Source: a virus. Taken from it: a DNA stretch of 42,836 bases. Within the stretch, counting starts at the first letter, position 1; every line of letters begins with the position of its first letter. The translations under genes and the position numbers were made by a program. The stretch is from positions 1-42,836 of IMG/VR virus record IMGVR_UViG_3300045988_108122. The stretch is one strand, 5' to 3'. This document shows positions 15,501 through 23,033 of the stretch, in pieces. The notes beneath the pieces are model-generated. The model was given only the letters and a program-made list of their open reading frames with translations. It was not told the DNA's origin and did no database searches.

Positions 15501-15746
15501 CCCTAGTGCAATTCCATAATTAGCAATATTTCGCGCTGCCCCTTTAATACCATTCCATAATGAGGTAGCCGTTTTCCATTCCTCGGAATACTTTGTATCG
15601 TCTTGCAAAAAAGCATAGTTATAGTCATCTTTTGTACGGACATACTCACCAACATCATTGCGTTGATAAATATTGAGATTTACTCTATTTTTTATTTCTG
15701 ATGTGACCCTATTTAACTCTTCTTCATTAAATGGCATCTTATTCAC
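9543..15746 (-). CDS. Giant virion-associated (ejection/polyvalent-like) protein, 2067 aa, with HExxH metallopeptidase motif
   Basis: It is a single uninterrupted ORF in the tail/ejection gene block. HEALGH occupies aa 790-795 (nt 13362-13379). It has Gly-rich hydrophobic segments near the N-terminus and hydrophobic segments plus a D6 run near the C-terminus. Confidence 0.85.
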   Translation of the reverse strand: MNKMPFNEEELNRVTSEIKNRVNLNIYQRNDVGEYVRTKDDYNYAFLQDDTKYSEEWKTATSLWNGIKGAARNIANYGIALGKFNESAAQDEQTLGINMPLAFRALYTAGNVLGSTGREKVVSLEEVAKSPLLQRTPVKGDTALGQFGLDVAEAAPSTIAQFGLALAGAPVVATTFMGSQIAGSQYERLNAEGVKFEDMKLPLITNVIGQVILEKTGMEKVLDKVPGGKGYIQKFTEIIKRGVEEGFTEALQEFPEGVSDIIAKNPNASIGELTDKIIKAFPEMSKDAIYSGLIGGVFGAGFGGVKVLTDNINKHVDKEIHKERLNMLEEGAERIKKSGAEPAYAASVVNANLQGEFVQVDGETLYQYAQTQNINNVAETLGLEQEDIVQAAKSGQTIDILVGNFEAMVAKNADFMNAVKDGITFEDDGYSVNNERLQKEIAKEYQKAKYNLDEFENWKTEKVNELRQIGATKQEALQAMVLLESAARTQYPDDPMQYFRDNPVSFKRFVSTPKGRYMQTKSANEKLLEDENNFAANIDKFISGKLVDKTIRVMQTPLALEVAGAKILPVDMSVENLDKVLNGKHKSDMSADIVKQIPRALTDPLMIFDTYDGKNGAKRKIVALDLKSKNGATIVVPFELEVDNKSNKYVMNEIISAYGKTDNKTGEPRYEWFAKQIENGKLRYINKEKTAKLIENEKPEWLMPFSTDSGFVKTDKLLQSPSSDSASKGNNLGSLLNNSIPDENALRKRREEMQGYYQAEGKTKGAITWDEEGKAIISLFEGANASTVIHEALGHYLSVNIMRRSKLPTATEQMRKDRQTLLEYAESSEEEWAELDKYDGDLTKEQFDRKTAIYERWATGAEQYFMLGIAPSKDLRRIFANWKKWLLGIYKSIKDFVDANKEYAKEITPEVRAVFDRALASEEAIIEQQKLDGYFAKLPATIIDALSEKSKIQLAKTIENAYDKAVESLTKESLKNFTKERSAEIKAYRDKVTPSIKENVQGQKLYLAERQMIETLGEKSAATAARKYQELIGRAKNSEEVLTDKEQEYMLLFSAVAEQNEYASGEDFAKSVLVNPTEAQAIKNAVDKVVNEKYPDIVLERQVAELATKEAFYSDESGLVLGVEQQIIEDAAAGILAKQRSTETKMKLAKARRQQAINAAVEMIDNMSIKDSVRVQKFIVAERNAAAKAAVAVRDGDMETALTQKRLQALNHALVMESMKTRLAVDKAGRALKRAKNAKKETWVNDDHLSQAGALFARMGIKLKGYDPANKKMTLEQYVNAMNKFLGNADIAEWLFDETVDISNPTALTRNQYFDVVDAIKNIRALAKQEKGVGLLETKKDFNEFKEETLLHLQKLKTTEKLVPGENAKVNLIKKGIAQGLTSDSIYEILDKGKQGFFYNMLYLPLKHKLDLESVDLAYLANKFEIASKRWKEAVGDVYAKVSYSELGTDIDGEPLKIDRTNLVKMLVYSGTQESFRRLCDTPPIGLENSPLWVRASETVSDEVARKTTAENILRFLSNNLTSQDVVMAQELINIAEYKWSEKAENERQTKGFTPKKQEATPRELILADGNIVIFRGGYFPLVRDIRGGSTPAGNTPFTETNEPQLKYGMHTNTGSMKARTVGAKYPVDLTLDAGIREINASIHDLHFRKVIQGANRIFNDKDITGLMRAKLGTATFKALKEQIDVTARPEGMYNTSAAETFIGDVADKLRGKVIPYMIGMSLKINTQNLANIALYGNTVEGYGHIEALQDFITNGIMLGCNSPRAAREMWNTVQELSPMMAERFKGTDFTTRELMENNKLDGMTKKVLEWSNMSMAFTDGLTAMPIWYGAYTRQMNRGKTQQEAIDYADSIIRKTMGSTRATDVSSMVRTKGATKIFFMFQTFFNTQFNQWYATFKRQEINFSDKAYKKMAKEITSFVFGKWVTFTLFSLLLAGENPFVDDDDDDYNDFLSELFSYPFTLGGPIGQGVNFGVRRMFDMQTFPYRISPIESSLNTVFTSTSTIGEVVRGEKENEELVEPVVNLALLYKGLPSQLSKWFFNAWDILYGDMTPRTEDLFRRRPKKERDE

Positions 15747-17778
15747 CTACTATCTCTTTTAATTCATCAGGATCAACTACTTTTATCTCGCCATTTTTCA
15801 TAACAACCCTGAAATAATAATCATCAGCCTGCTGAATCTCTTTAATTCCTGCCATTGCCAAAGTTGCAGGTGAATAGCTAACTTCAGTCCTCCAACCTAA
15901 CCACGAATCTTTGTCAATAACATTGCCGAGCGGCTGTTTAACCATGAACTCTTTTCCCTTTTCTATTATTTCATATACTGCTGGCTCACGACCTCTCCGT
16001 GCTGTTTCCTCATTAATCCAACTTTGCAAAAGAATCTCTACTCCTGTCCACATAGCTTTTTTTACCTTTGTTTCTTTTCCTTTAATGCTGTTTTCAATAT
16101 AACCATTTAACTCATGCCTATACATTCCTTTCCCTTCTTTAAATTTAGAATATTCCTCCTGCATGATATATTTTTGATCTGCCGATAAATGCAATTCATC
16201 GCATGTCTGCATTAAAGATTCATAATCAGGAAACGTTCCTGCTGCAAGCCTAGATTTCAAAATACTCATTTCGGCATCACTTACTTTTCTATTATTAGAA
16301 CCATAAAAATAGTCCACTGCGGTTATCATTTTCTTTCCAGCTTCAACATTTGCGCCAGCAGTGGTTTTTATCCAATCAATTACCGATTCATAAGGCACAC
16401 CTTGTTGATGCATAGTATAGATTTTTTCATTAACGTTTTTATAGAATAAATCATTCTGCGCTTTGATCCGATTCTCCCTATCGGATTTCATATTTTTATA
16501 CATTTTAAACATCGATTCTCGATCCTTAAAGGATATTATTCTTCTACTGTCGTCACCGTCTTTGTAGTCAGTAAAGTCTAAATCTAAATGCCCTGCCGTA
16601 GATTTTGCAGAAGGGTTACTATATTCATCAATTACGTGAATTCCTTTGCTTTCAGCATACTGTATAAATTTAGCTCGATTTTCGGGATTCTCCAACCAAT
16701 CACTTGCAACATCGACTTTCCATCCTCCACCGTGGCTACGCTCGCCTTGAACATGTAAATTTCCGCTGTCGGTGCCACTTGTTATTAATAAAGGTTCACC
16801 AGTTATTTTTTTGTAATATTCCCCTAAATCAGCAATACCATTACGAGTTACATATTGTGTTCCTTCTAGAGAAACTCCATTCTTTTTGATCCATGTAGAT
16901 CCCTCTGTTGACCACATACCATCAGCAGAAGATTTTCCCATATTATCAATAAATGCCCTGGCACCTTCTTCATCGCTGCCAAACTGTTCAAGAAGCTGCT
17001 TCGCCATTATATAGTTGTCTTCGAGTTTCTCTTTCTGATTAATTGTATCATTAAAAGAATTACGCTGATCAGGTGTCAAAACATCATTAAAATATCGCAC
17101 AAGTCTTTTGCTTTCTGTGTAGTCTTGGTTAACTATAGCCTGTTCAATTACTGCTGTACCCAGTCTACCAAGCGCTTTGTTAGTTTCCAATTCAACACGT
17201 TCTTCACCATATGTTCCAAATATATCTTCAACACTAAAGATTGTTTTGTTAACAGCATCTTTCAAAGCTTGAGGATCATTTGGATTTTGCATTAGCGTTG
17301 TCGTAATCTGATTTTGATTGTTTTCATAAGTAGTATTCTGCCAGGCTTCAAACTGCTGCGCTCTGTATTGCCCCAAAACCCTGCGATTAGCATTATCAGT
17401 TTGCTGGGTGCTGTAATCAAATAACATAGCACCTTTGCCGTACTTTACGCTTTGAGGACTTTGAGCCATAAGCTCGCTGCGGATCTTTCTTTCACCAGCT
17501 TCATACTCACCGACAATGTCAAGAGCACCTTTTTCTTTTTTCTGCATCAACTGCATTCTTAGATCGTTAGTACGTTTTACATACTCATTATTAGCCTGCA
17601 GAATGTCGGTTCTTATGATCTGCTCTCTTACCTGCTCAACACCGGCCTGAATAATTCTACCGGTCTGGGATGATTCTCTTGCAACAGCCTGCTGACCGCT
17701 GTTATCATAGCGGACATTAGATACTTTACTTGCCGGCGCTCCTAACTGCGCACCTACTTGGAAAATGTCGATTGCCAT
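15739..17778 (-). CDS. Internal virion protein with M15-like peptidoglycan peptidase motif (679 aa)
   Basis: An AAAGGAGG RBS precedes the start. SHGGGWKVD fits the SxHxxGxAxD-type metal site, and a later AGHLDLDF is present. Its position among ejection proteins supports the call. Confidence 0.7.
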   Translation of the reverse strand: MAIDIFQVGAQLGAPASKVSNVRYDNSGQQAVARESSQTGRIIQAGVEQVREQIIRTDILQANNEYVKRTNDLRMQLMQKKEKGALDIVGEYEAGERKIRSELMAQSPQSVKYGKGAMLFDYSTQQTDNANRRVLGQYRAQQFEAWQNTTYENNQNQITTTLMQNPNDPQALKDAVNKTIFSVEDIFGTYGEERVELETNKALGRLGTAVIEQAIVNQDYTESKRLVRYFNDVLTPDQRNSFNDTINQKEKLEDNYIMAKQLLEQFGSDEEGARAFIDNMGKSSADGMWSTEGSTWIKKNGVSLEGTQYVTRNGIADLGEYYKKITGEPLLITSGTDSGNLHVQGERSHGGGWKVDVASDWLENPENRAKFIQYAESKGIHVIDEYSNPSAKSTAGHLDLDFTDYKDGDDSRRIISFKDRESMFKMYKNMKSDRENRIKAQNDLFYKNVNEKIYTMHQQGVPYESVIDWIKTTAGANVEAGKKMITAVDYFYGSNNRKVSDAEMSILKSRLAAGTFPDYESLMQTCDELHLSADQKYIMQEEYSKFKEGKGMYRHELNGYIENSIKGKETKVKKAMWTGVEILLQSWINEETARRGREPAVYEIIEKGKEFMVKQPLGNVIDKDSWLGWRTEVSYSPATLAMAGIKEIQQADDYYFRVVMKNGEIKVVDPDELKEIVGE

Positions 17779-17801
17779 ATTCTAGCCTCCTTTTGGGTAT
17801 A

Positions 17802-17832
17802 GAAAAAGCGCTTTAACAAATTGTTAAGCGCT
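17802..17832 (-). terminator. Intrinsic terminator (minus strand) abutting the RBS of 15739-17778
   Basis: The stem pairs AGCGCTTTAACA (17807-17818) with TGTTAAGCGCT (17822-17832), with one bulge. A U-run follows on the minus-strand RNA. The hairpin overlaps the -35 of the plus-strand toxin promoter. Confidence 0.6.
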
Positions 17833-17849
17833 TAAAGGTGTGTTATAAT
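17821..17849 (+). promoter_or_regulatory. Strong sigma-A-type promoter for the small toxin gene
   Basis: The elements are TTGTTA (17821-17826), a 17-nt spacer, and TATAAT (17844-17849) with an extended -10 TGT. Confidence 0.7.
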
Positions 17850-17904
17850 GTTGTCCGAGATAGTTTGATAGTCGGATTCTCTCCCTGTAAAGGGAGGTGA
17901 TAGC

Positions 17905-17982
17905 ATGACTGTATACGAAGCATTATCTTTGATGGTAACCTTTGGTACACTCGTTGCTATCATTTTGTCTAAAAGTAAATAA
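17905..17982 (+). CDS. 25-aa hydrophobic peptide resembling the 'putative holin-like toxin' type I toxin family of Firmicutes
   Basis: The product is MTVYEALSLMVTFGTLVAIILSKSK. Its AGGGAGG RBS is paired in a CTCCCT-GTAA-AGGGAG hairpin (17881-17896). It is oriented opposite to the surrounding virion operon. Confidence 0.7.
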   Translation: MTVYEALSLMVTFGTLVAIILSKSK

Positions 17983-17997
17983 TTTTACTTATATAAG

Positions 17998-18124
17998 ACA
18001 AAAGACCCACTAACGGTGTAGTCGGCCTTTTCTTCAAGTTTTAACTTATTCAGGAGAGAGCTGACACGCCAATATCAAGCTATCTCTTTTTGTTTATTAT
18101 ATAATACATTTCGTACTAATGCAA
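17998..18124 (-). ncRNA. Candidate antitoxin small RNA with its own promoter, convergent with the toxin gene
   Basis: On the minus strand, TTGCAT (18119-18124), a 17-nt spacer and TATAAT (18096-18101) predict a start near 18088. The hairpin at 18001-18030 followed by a U-run predicts an RNA of about 90 nt that overlaps the 3' region of the toxin transcript. Confidence 0.5.
18001..18036. terminator. Shared (bidirectional) terminator hairpin of the toxin mRNA and the convergent small RNA
   Basis: The arms are AAAGACC (18001-18007) and GGCCTTT (18024-18030). The mismatch is A.C on the plus strand and a G.U wobble on the minus strand. T-rich tracts lie on both sides. Confidence 0.5.
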
Positions 18125-18156
18125 CACTCTCTTACCACTCTCTTGGTACTCTTTCC

Positions 18157-18804
18157 TTAAATCCAGTTATAACCTGTGCTTGTACCATAAGTAGTTTTCC
18201 ATTTACTAGAATCATAACCGCCTAAAGATATATTACCACTATTACCCCATCCATACCCGTCACTTCCTTTTCCATACGAGGAAGCACCTTGCTTTCCTGC
18301 GCTCTTAGGACTGTATAAACTACCTGCAAGGGATAACCCACTCATAAGCATATTATTCATAAGTGCACGCTTACCGGCTTTACGGTAATTGCGTGCATTT
18401 TGATTATAGATATCACGTTGATTAACAAGGTCGGTAGACTGCTGAAAAATATTCTCAACGCCTTGCCTTGAATTATAGCGTTCAATAGCAAGCTCTGTTT
18501 CCATATTATACGCACTGTCAACTAAAGCGTTTGCCGCACTGCCTGAAGCTGTTATACCGGAAGCACCTATATTAGCCCTCTGCTGGCTTAACATAGCGTT
18601 CATACGCCGGCGTTTATTTTCTTCATTGATAGTATTTGACTTAGACTGTTCTTCAGCCTGCTCCTGCAGTTTATCTGCGTTCTGATTCGCTATCTGAGCA
18701 TTTACCTCTGCCTGTTGAGCGGCAGCGTTATATTGCTGCTGCTGCGCTCTGCCCGAAATAAAGCCACCCAAAAGAGTGGCGCCTATTGTTGCCGCTACGC
18801 CCAT
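18157..18804 (-). CDS. Internal virion/ejection protein candidate (215 aa)
   Basis: It has a Gly-rich hydrophobic N-terminus, a Q/N-rich helical region and a Gly/Ser/Tyr-rich C-terminus. It lies in the tail/ejection block. Confidence 0.6.
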   Translation of the reverse strand: MGVAATIGATLLGGFISGRAQQQQYNAAAQQAEVNAQIANQNADKLQEQAEEQSKSNTINEENKRRRMNAMLSQQRANIGASGITASGSAANALVDSAYNMETELAIERYNSRQGVENIFQQSTDLVNQRDIYNQNARNYRKAGKRALMNNMLMSGLSLAGSLYSPKSAGKQGASSYGKGSDGYGWGNSGNISLGGYDSSKWKTTYGTSTGYNWI

Positions 18805-19274
18805 TATTCATCATCCTTTCTAAACTCAAAAAAGTGATGCGGCAGATTATAAACTCCATGCGGCGCTGGTTCATGTATTTCTGCGCCAAGCCATTTAAGC
18901 CAACGCATTATATTATCATTTCCAACGTTGACCCAGTTATATAACCTGTCGTATCTCTTTAAAAGCCCTCTTACAGCCTTTTTAGTCTGCCTTCCGACAA
19001 ATACCTTATGGTTCTCCGTTTCCTTCGTCATAAGCAGCCATACGCGACCCTCGTCGCTCATTATCGAAGCTTTTCTCACTCCATATACAGCAGCGGGTAT
19101 ACCGTCAATATGCAGGCAACCGATTTCATCACTGTGCTTCAATCCATCTAAAATATCTTCAAGAGCGTTAGGGCCAATAGCACAAAATAGTTCACGGTAA
19201 TTATCTGTCTTAAGATTAGCCGCTATATACTCAGCATCTGCCCTTGTGGGCTTTACAAATTCATACTTTGCCAT
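18804..19274 (-). CDS. Virion-module hypothetical protein (156 aa)
   Basis: It is an intact ORF with start/stop coupling to its neighbours. I recognised no motif. Confidence 0.65.
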   Translation of the reverse strand: MAKYEFVKPTRADAEYIAANLKTDNYRELFCAIGPNALEDILDGLKHSDEIGCLHIDGIPAAVYGVRKASIMSDEGRVWLLMTKETENHKVFVGRQTKKAVRGLLKRYDRLYNWVNVGNDNIMRWLKWLGAEIHEPAPHGVYNLPHHFFEFRKDDE

Positions 19275-19282
19275 AATACACC

Positions 19283-22105
19283 TTACCCTTCTATTTCCGG
19301 AATCAAAGATAATACAGTCATCGGCAGCGGATCAGGCTGTTTAATTGTTATCTGCTGAGTTTCATCATAAGTAGCAGACTTGATCGTTACTTTAAATTTA
19401 CCTGTTTGCAAACTAATCGGTTCCCCATAGGCTTCATTACTGCGCCATTTAAATTCATCTAATTCATTCTCCTTCATTCCAAACAATCCACCACGGCTAT
19501 CTTTAAGTAATAATGTAACTGCAGCAATTCGTTTCTTCCGACTTAAATATGTGCCATCTTGAGCTGTAAAATCTATAGGCAGTGTTTTTATTTCCGCATC
19601 TATAGGCAGCCCTACATGAACCTTCTTATATTTATTTCCAAGAAGAACCTTGCCGTTTTCTACAGTTCGCTTAGGAAGTACATTTCCATCTGCCAATATA
19701 GCCACAGTATACCCTTCTAAATGCTCAAGACCTGATATTTCATCGGTCGGCTCTCCTTCATAGGTTATCCCACTATCGACGAAAAACTGATCCTCTACAT
19801 TAGTACTTTTATCACGGCTTTCCATTATTTCCACATAATACTGCCCGCCACGCTCAATTACTGCATATAACTTATCTTCTGTTGACCCTCCGATATTACA
19901 TACACTAACAAACTTCCCGCCTGCCGTGGTATGCTGGTGCCATGCGTAGATATCCTGTTCCTTTATGTAGGTAAGCCCTAACAGCAAACCATCATCACGC
20001 ACACACCAAACAATACTGTTAGGTATCTGCTGATAGGTCATAGATATTATTTTATGCCCTTCAAACAAGTGCGAAGCCAATAAATTTAAATCATCACCGG
20101 TATATTTATCAACATCATAGCTGTAAGCAAGGTCACGTATGATATTGCCCTGGTGCTGCACATAAATAATCCTGCTGCCGATAGTGACAGGATTAACATC
20201 TGACACACCCCTATATTCCTGCGGTTGACTTAAAACATTGCTTCCTGTAATGGCTTTGCCGCCGCCGCTTACTTTAAATTCTCCACCGGCTGTTAACAGC
20301 AGCATTTCACCAAAAGCTATAATTGCCTTAATGCCATTCATTTGTCCACCGTTTAAAGTGGCCGTAATTCCATCATCATCGGCAGACGGTATGCTTGTTC
20401 CAAAGTTATAATAGTCTCCTGTTTTGCTTGTCCAGAATGTCTGCGGAAATCCTTTACTTCCCGCAAATACTAACCGGTCTTCATAAAAGCCTGTTGCAGA
20501 AGGATACCCTTTTTCATTATTCCAAGCAGCAAAAGCAAAATCGCGGGTTTCATCTGTAGAAGCCAACTGTTTTTTTACAGTCCCTTTCACTACTGTAGGG
20601 CTAACATATTCAGTGATCAATACATGCCCCGTATAATCTCCCCCTATGCTTTGAATGGTTATATAGCCTCTCTGCTTCTCGTTTTCACCGCTCCAAACAC
20701 CTGTATTAAATTCAGTAGAAGTAACTCTGTAACTGGCAATACTTTCAGACGTGTTCTCCTCAGTCAAGCTATAATTCTGGCTTCTGTTCCCGCTCTGTGT
20801 TCTCACATTTACCCATTGCAAAGAAACAGGATCATATTTTTCCAAACTAAAATTACCATCCCAAAAACCAAAACTTTCTACATAGACATTGGATTTCGGT
20901 AATACACTAACCTGCAAATTTCCGCCTGTACTGCTTGGTATCCCCTTTTTATAATCTGTTTCTAAAAAGTGAGTTAGGGAAAAAAGACTCCCTTCATCAC
21001 TTTTAGCAAAAATATCATCAGAAGCCGTCAAGGTTATATTTCCATCTGTGCTCGATGCATTAACTGTCGTATTATCGCCAAGCGATAATCCATAAGATAT
21101 TTTTACCCATCCATTATCTCCAGCTGAACCATTATTGTTTCTTGATGCACCAACTCCCCCTAGTCCACCATTCCCATAAGATGTTGCAGCAGTTCCATTT
21201 CTTTGATGTCCGTAACCTTCACTATCTAAATAATAATAAGCACATCCACCACCGGTACCACCTCTTGCCAAAACATTTTCTACACTAGAAGCTTCTCCGT
21301 CTCCACCAAAGACACTAGAAACGTCTTTTGAATTATCGGTGTTTTTCCCTACTAATCCACCCGATCCGCCTCGACCAACCTTAATTTTTAGCGAACTAAC
21401 GCCACTTACCTTCATTGTAGTAACAACAAGTTCTCCCCTACCACCATTAGCTCCTGTCTCGGAAGCGGATATGCCACCGCCACCACCTCCGCCACCACCT
21501 GCTCCTGCAATTTCTAGACTTATATTTTTAGCGTCAGATGGTATATCTGCTACATACGATCCAGGGACCGTCCACGATTGTGTTTTTATACTTACACTTG
21601 CTTCACTATACTTTGAAGCATCAAACGGTCCGCCTGTAATATCCATTGCCTCAAAGCGCCAATCTAAACTTCCATATCTTGTAAGTGTCATTGGTGCATG
21701 TGCAGGATGAACAATGAAAAGCACGTCAGCACTCTGTGTATATTTTATTTTTGCAGCATCTTCTAAATCTTTATCAGTAAAAAAGTTTTCTATGCTATAT
21801 GGTGTGCCATCTTCTTTTACAACAATACCACCATTTGTATAAAACTGGCATCTGCCAGCAGTAATTTCAACAATATAATTTTGATCTGTGCTGTACATAA
21901 ATGGTATTAGCACAGCCTTTTTATTATTATAAGTCTGCGCGATGAACTTAAAGCCTGGTCTATTAGCAGCGCCACCATAACGCAGAACGAAAAAATTTCT
22001 TAAAACAGCAGCTCCGCTGTCATATTTAGCAATATCAGTACGTCCATACATAGACGGCGACAATTCACCGCCGGCAAAACTTGATTTTAATTGATAGAGT
22101 GCCAT
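19283..22105 (-). CDS. Tail tubular protein B / nozzle-like protein (940 aa) with an inserted glycine-rich domain
   Basis: The N-terminus (FAGGELSPSMYGRTDIAKYDSGAAVLRNFFVLRYGGAANRPG) is typical of podovirus nozzle proteins. The insert WTVPGSYVADIPSDAKNISLEIAGAGGGGGGGGG mirrors 5357-6226. Confidence 0.7.
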   Translation of the reverse strand: MALYQLKSSFAGGELSPSMYGRTDIAKYDSGAAVLRNFFVLRYGGAANRPGFKFIAQTYNNKKAVLIPFMYSTDQNYIVEITAGRCQFYTNGGIVVKEDGTPYSIENFFTDKDLEDAAKIKYTQSADVLFIVHPAHAPMTLTRYGSLDWRFEAMDITGGPFDASKYSEASVSIKTQSWTVPGSYVADIPSDAKNISLEIAGAGGGGGGGGGISASETGANGGRGELVVTTMKVSGVSSLKIKVGRGGSGGLVGKNTDNSKDVSSVFGGDGEASSVENVLARGGTGGGCAYYYLDSEGYGHQRNGTAATSYGNGGLGGVGASRNNNGSAGDNGWVKISYGLSLGDNTTVNASSTDGNITLTASDDIFAKSDEGSLFSLTHFLETDYKKGIPSSTGGNLQVSVLPKSNVYVESFGFWDGNFSLEKYDPVSLQWVNVRTQSGNRSQNYSLTEENTSESIASYRVTSTEFNTGVWSGENEKQRGYITIQSIGGDYTGHVLITEYVSPTVVKGTVKKQLASTDETRDFAFAAWNNEKGYPSATGFYEDRLVFAGSKGFPQTFWTSKTGDYYNFGTSIPSADDDGITATLNGGQMNGIKAIIAFGEMLLLTAGGEFKVSGGGKAITGSNVLSQPQEYRGVSDVNPVTIGSRIIYVQHQGNIIRDLAYSYDVDKYTGDDLNLLASHLFEGHKIISMTYQQIPNSIVWCVRDDGLLLGLTYIKEQDIYAWHQHTTAGGKFVSVCNIGGSTEDKLYAVIERGGQYYVEIMESRDKSTNVEDQFFVDSGITYEGEPTDEISGLEHLEGYTVAILADGNVLPKRTVENGKVLLGNKYKKVHVGLPIDAEIKTLPIDFTAQDGTYLSRKKRIAAVTLLLKDSRGGLFGMKENELDEFKWRSNEAYGEPISLQTGKFKVTIKSATYDETQQITIKQPDPLPMTVLSLIPEIEG

Positions 22106-22107
22106 AA

Positions 22108-22701
22108 TTATGCCCCCGTAAATCTTGCTGCCGCTAATCTGTCAATGTGCGGATCCAGCAAATGTTCTTCATCAGCGTCAGTAGAGCTGGCTTCTGCAAA
22201 ATAAGCGTTATAAGCCTGGATACACATCTGCGTTAAATCCAATTTGCCAGTCAACGCATAAGCAATTTCTGCAGCGAGCTTCCATCCAAACGCTTCTACA
22301 AATTGAGCATCATATAAATCTGCGTCAGTAACATCTACAGTATATTCAATCCATGCATTGCCGATATTAGTATAAATAGCTTTCCCCTGTTTATCCAAAA
22401 CGATTTTATATTGGTTATCCCTCGGCAAGCCACAAAAATGCTCGTTATACATCATTCTCAGGCATACTGCATCAGCAGGATAACGATATGCATACTTCCA
22501 GTTAGGAGGCACATCTTGAAGAGCAGCTAACTGTACACTTCTTGTAGCAAATGTCCAGGGGAATTTCCTTAACACGGCCTGTCTAACATAGTCATAGCAG
22601 CGACGGCATACTCGTGCCGGTTCGCTGGCTTCGTCAAGTCGTTCTATTGTAGCTACGCCTATATGATTAAGTGCAATATTACAAATCTCAACCTTATCCA
22701 T
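22108..22701 (-). CDS. Tail tubular protein A / adaptor-like protein (197 aa)
   Basis: The N-terminus (ICNIALNHIGVATIERLDEASEPARVCRRCYDYVRQAVLRKFPWTFA) follows the common pattern of podovirus gatekeeper/tubular A proteins. Confidence 0.65.
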   Translation of the reverse strand: MDKVEICNIALNHIGVATIERLDEASEPARVCRRCYDYVRQAVLRKFPWTFATRSVQLAALQDVPPNWKYAYRYPADAVCLRMMYNEHFCGLPRDNQYKIVLDKQGKAIYTNIGNAWIEYTVDVTDADLYDAQFVEAFGWKLAAEIAYALTGKLDLTQMCIQAYNAYFAEASSTDADEEHLLDPHIDRLAAARFTGA

Positions 22702-22724
22702 AATTTCACCTCTGTTATAAAGAA

Positions 22725-22748
22725 AGCCGGGGACATATGCCCCCGGCT
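22725..22748 (-). terminator. Intra-operon hairpin after the head module
   Basis: An 8-bp GC stem, AGCCGGGG / CCCCGGCT, is followed on the minus-strand RNA by UUCUUUAU, then by the RBS of 22108-22701. Confidence 0.5.
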
Positions 22749-22751
22749 GAT

Positions 22752-23033
22752 TTAATCTTGCGCCAGTGCCACTAATTCATTAATAATAGCTTCCCTGGAT
22801 TTCTGACTTGTTTTTATTCCCTGTTCTTTGGCCAATTCTTTTAAATCATTAAAGTTCATTGCTTCATATTGGAGATAACGCGGATCGTCATTACCGGAAG
22901 ATACTGCTGCTGGTCTATTAAGTTTCACAAAATGTTCAGGAACCTTAATATTATCTGCAAGCGTTACAATATCATCACGCCTATACATACGACCCAAAGT
23001 AAAACAATTACGCTTTACTTTGTAAGTAGCCAT
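22752..23033 (-). CDS. Small head-module protein with a Rho-N/SAP-like helix pair (93 aa)
   Basis: The motif is DLKELAKEQGIKTSQKSREAIINELVA. It is translationally coupled to the upstream gene. Confidence 0.6.
   Translation of the reverse strand: MATYKVKRNCFTLGRMYRRDDIVTLADNIKVPEHFVKLNRPAAVSSGNDDPRYLQYEAMNFNDLKELAKEQGIKTSQKSREAIINELVALAQD

Noticed and set aside
9543-15746. Many 60-120-aa ORFs on both strands inside the giant gene (for example 10074-10304, 10963-11331, 13013-13282, 13349-13666, 13362-13740)
   Set aside because: They are fully embedded in a 6.2-kb uninterrupted ORF with consistent coding character. They lack an RBS and have odd compositions, so I treat them as shadow frames.
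21339-21710. Plus-strand ORF encoding a poly-proline run, and the minus alternative-frame ORF 5871-6104
   Set aside because: These are antisense or shifted readings of poly-glycine (GGN) tracts in the glycine-rich domains, so they are composition artefacts.
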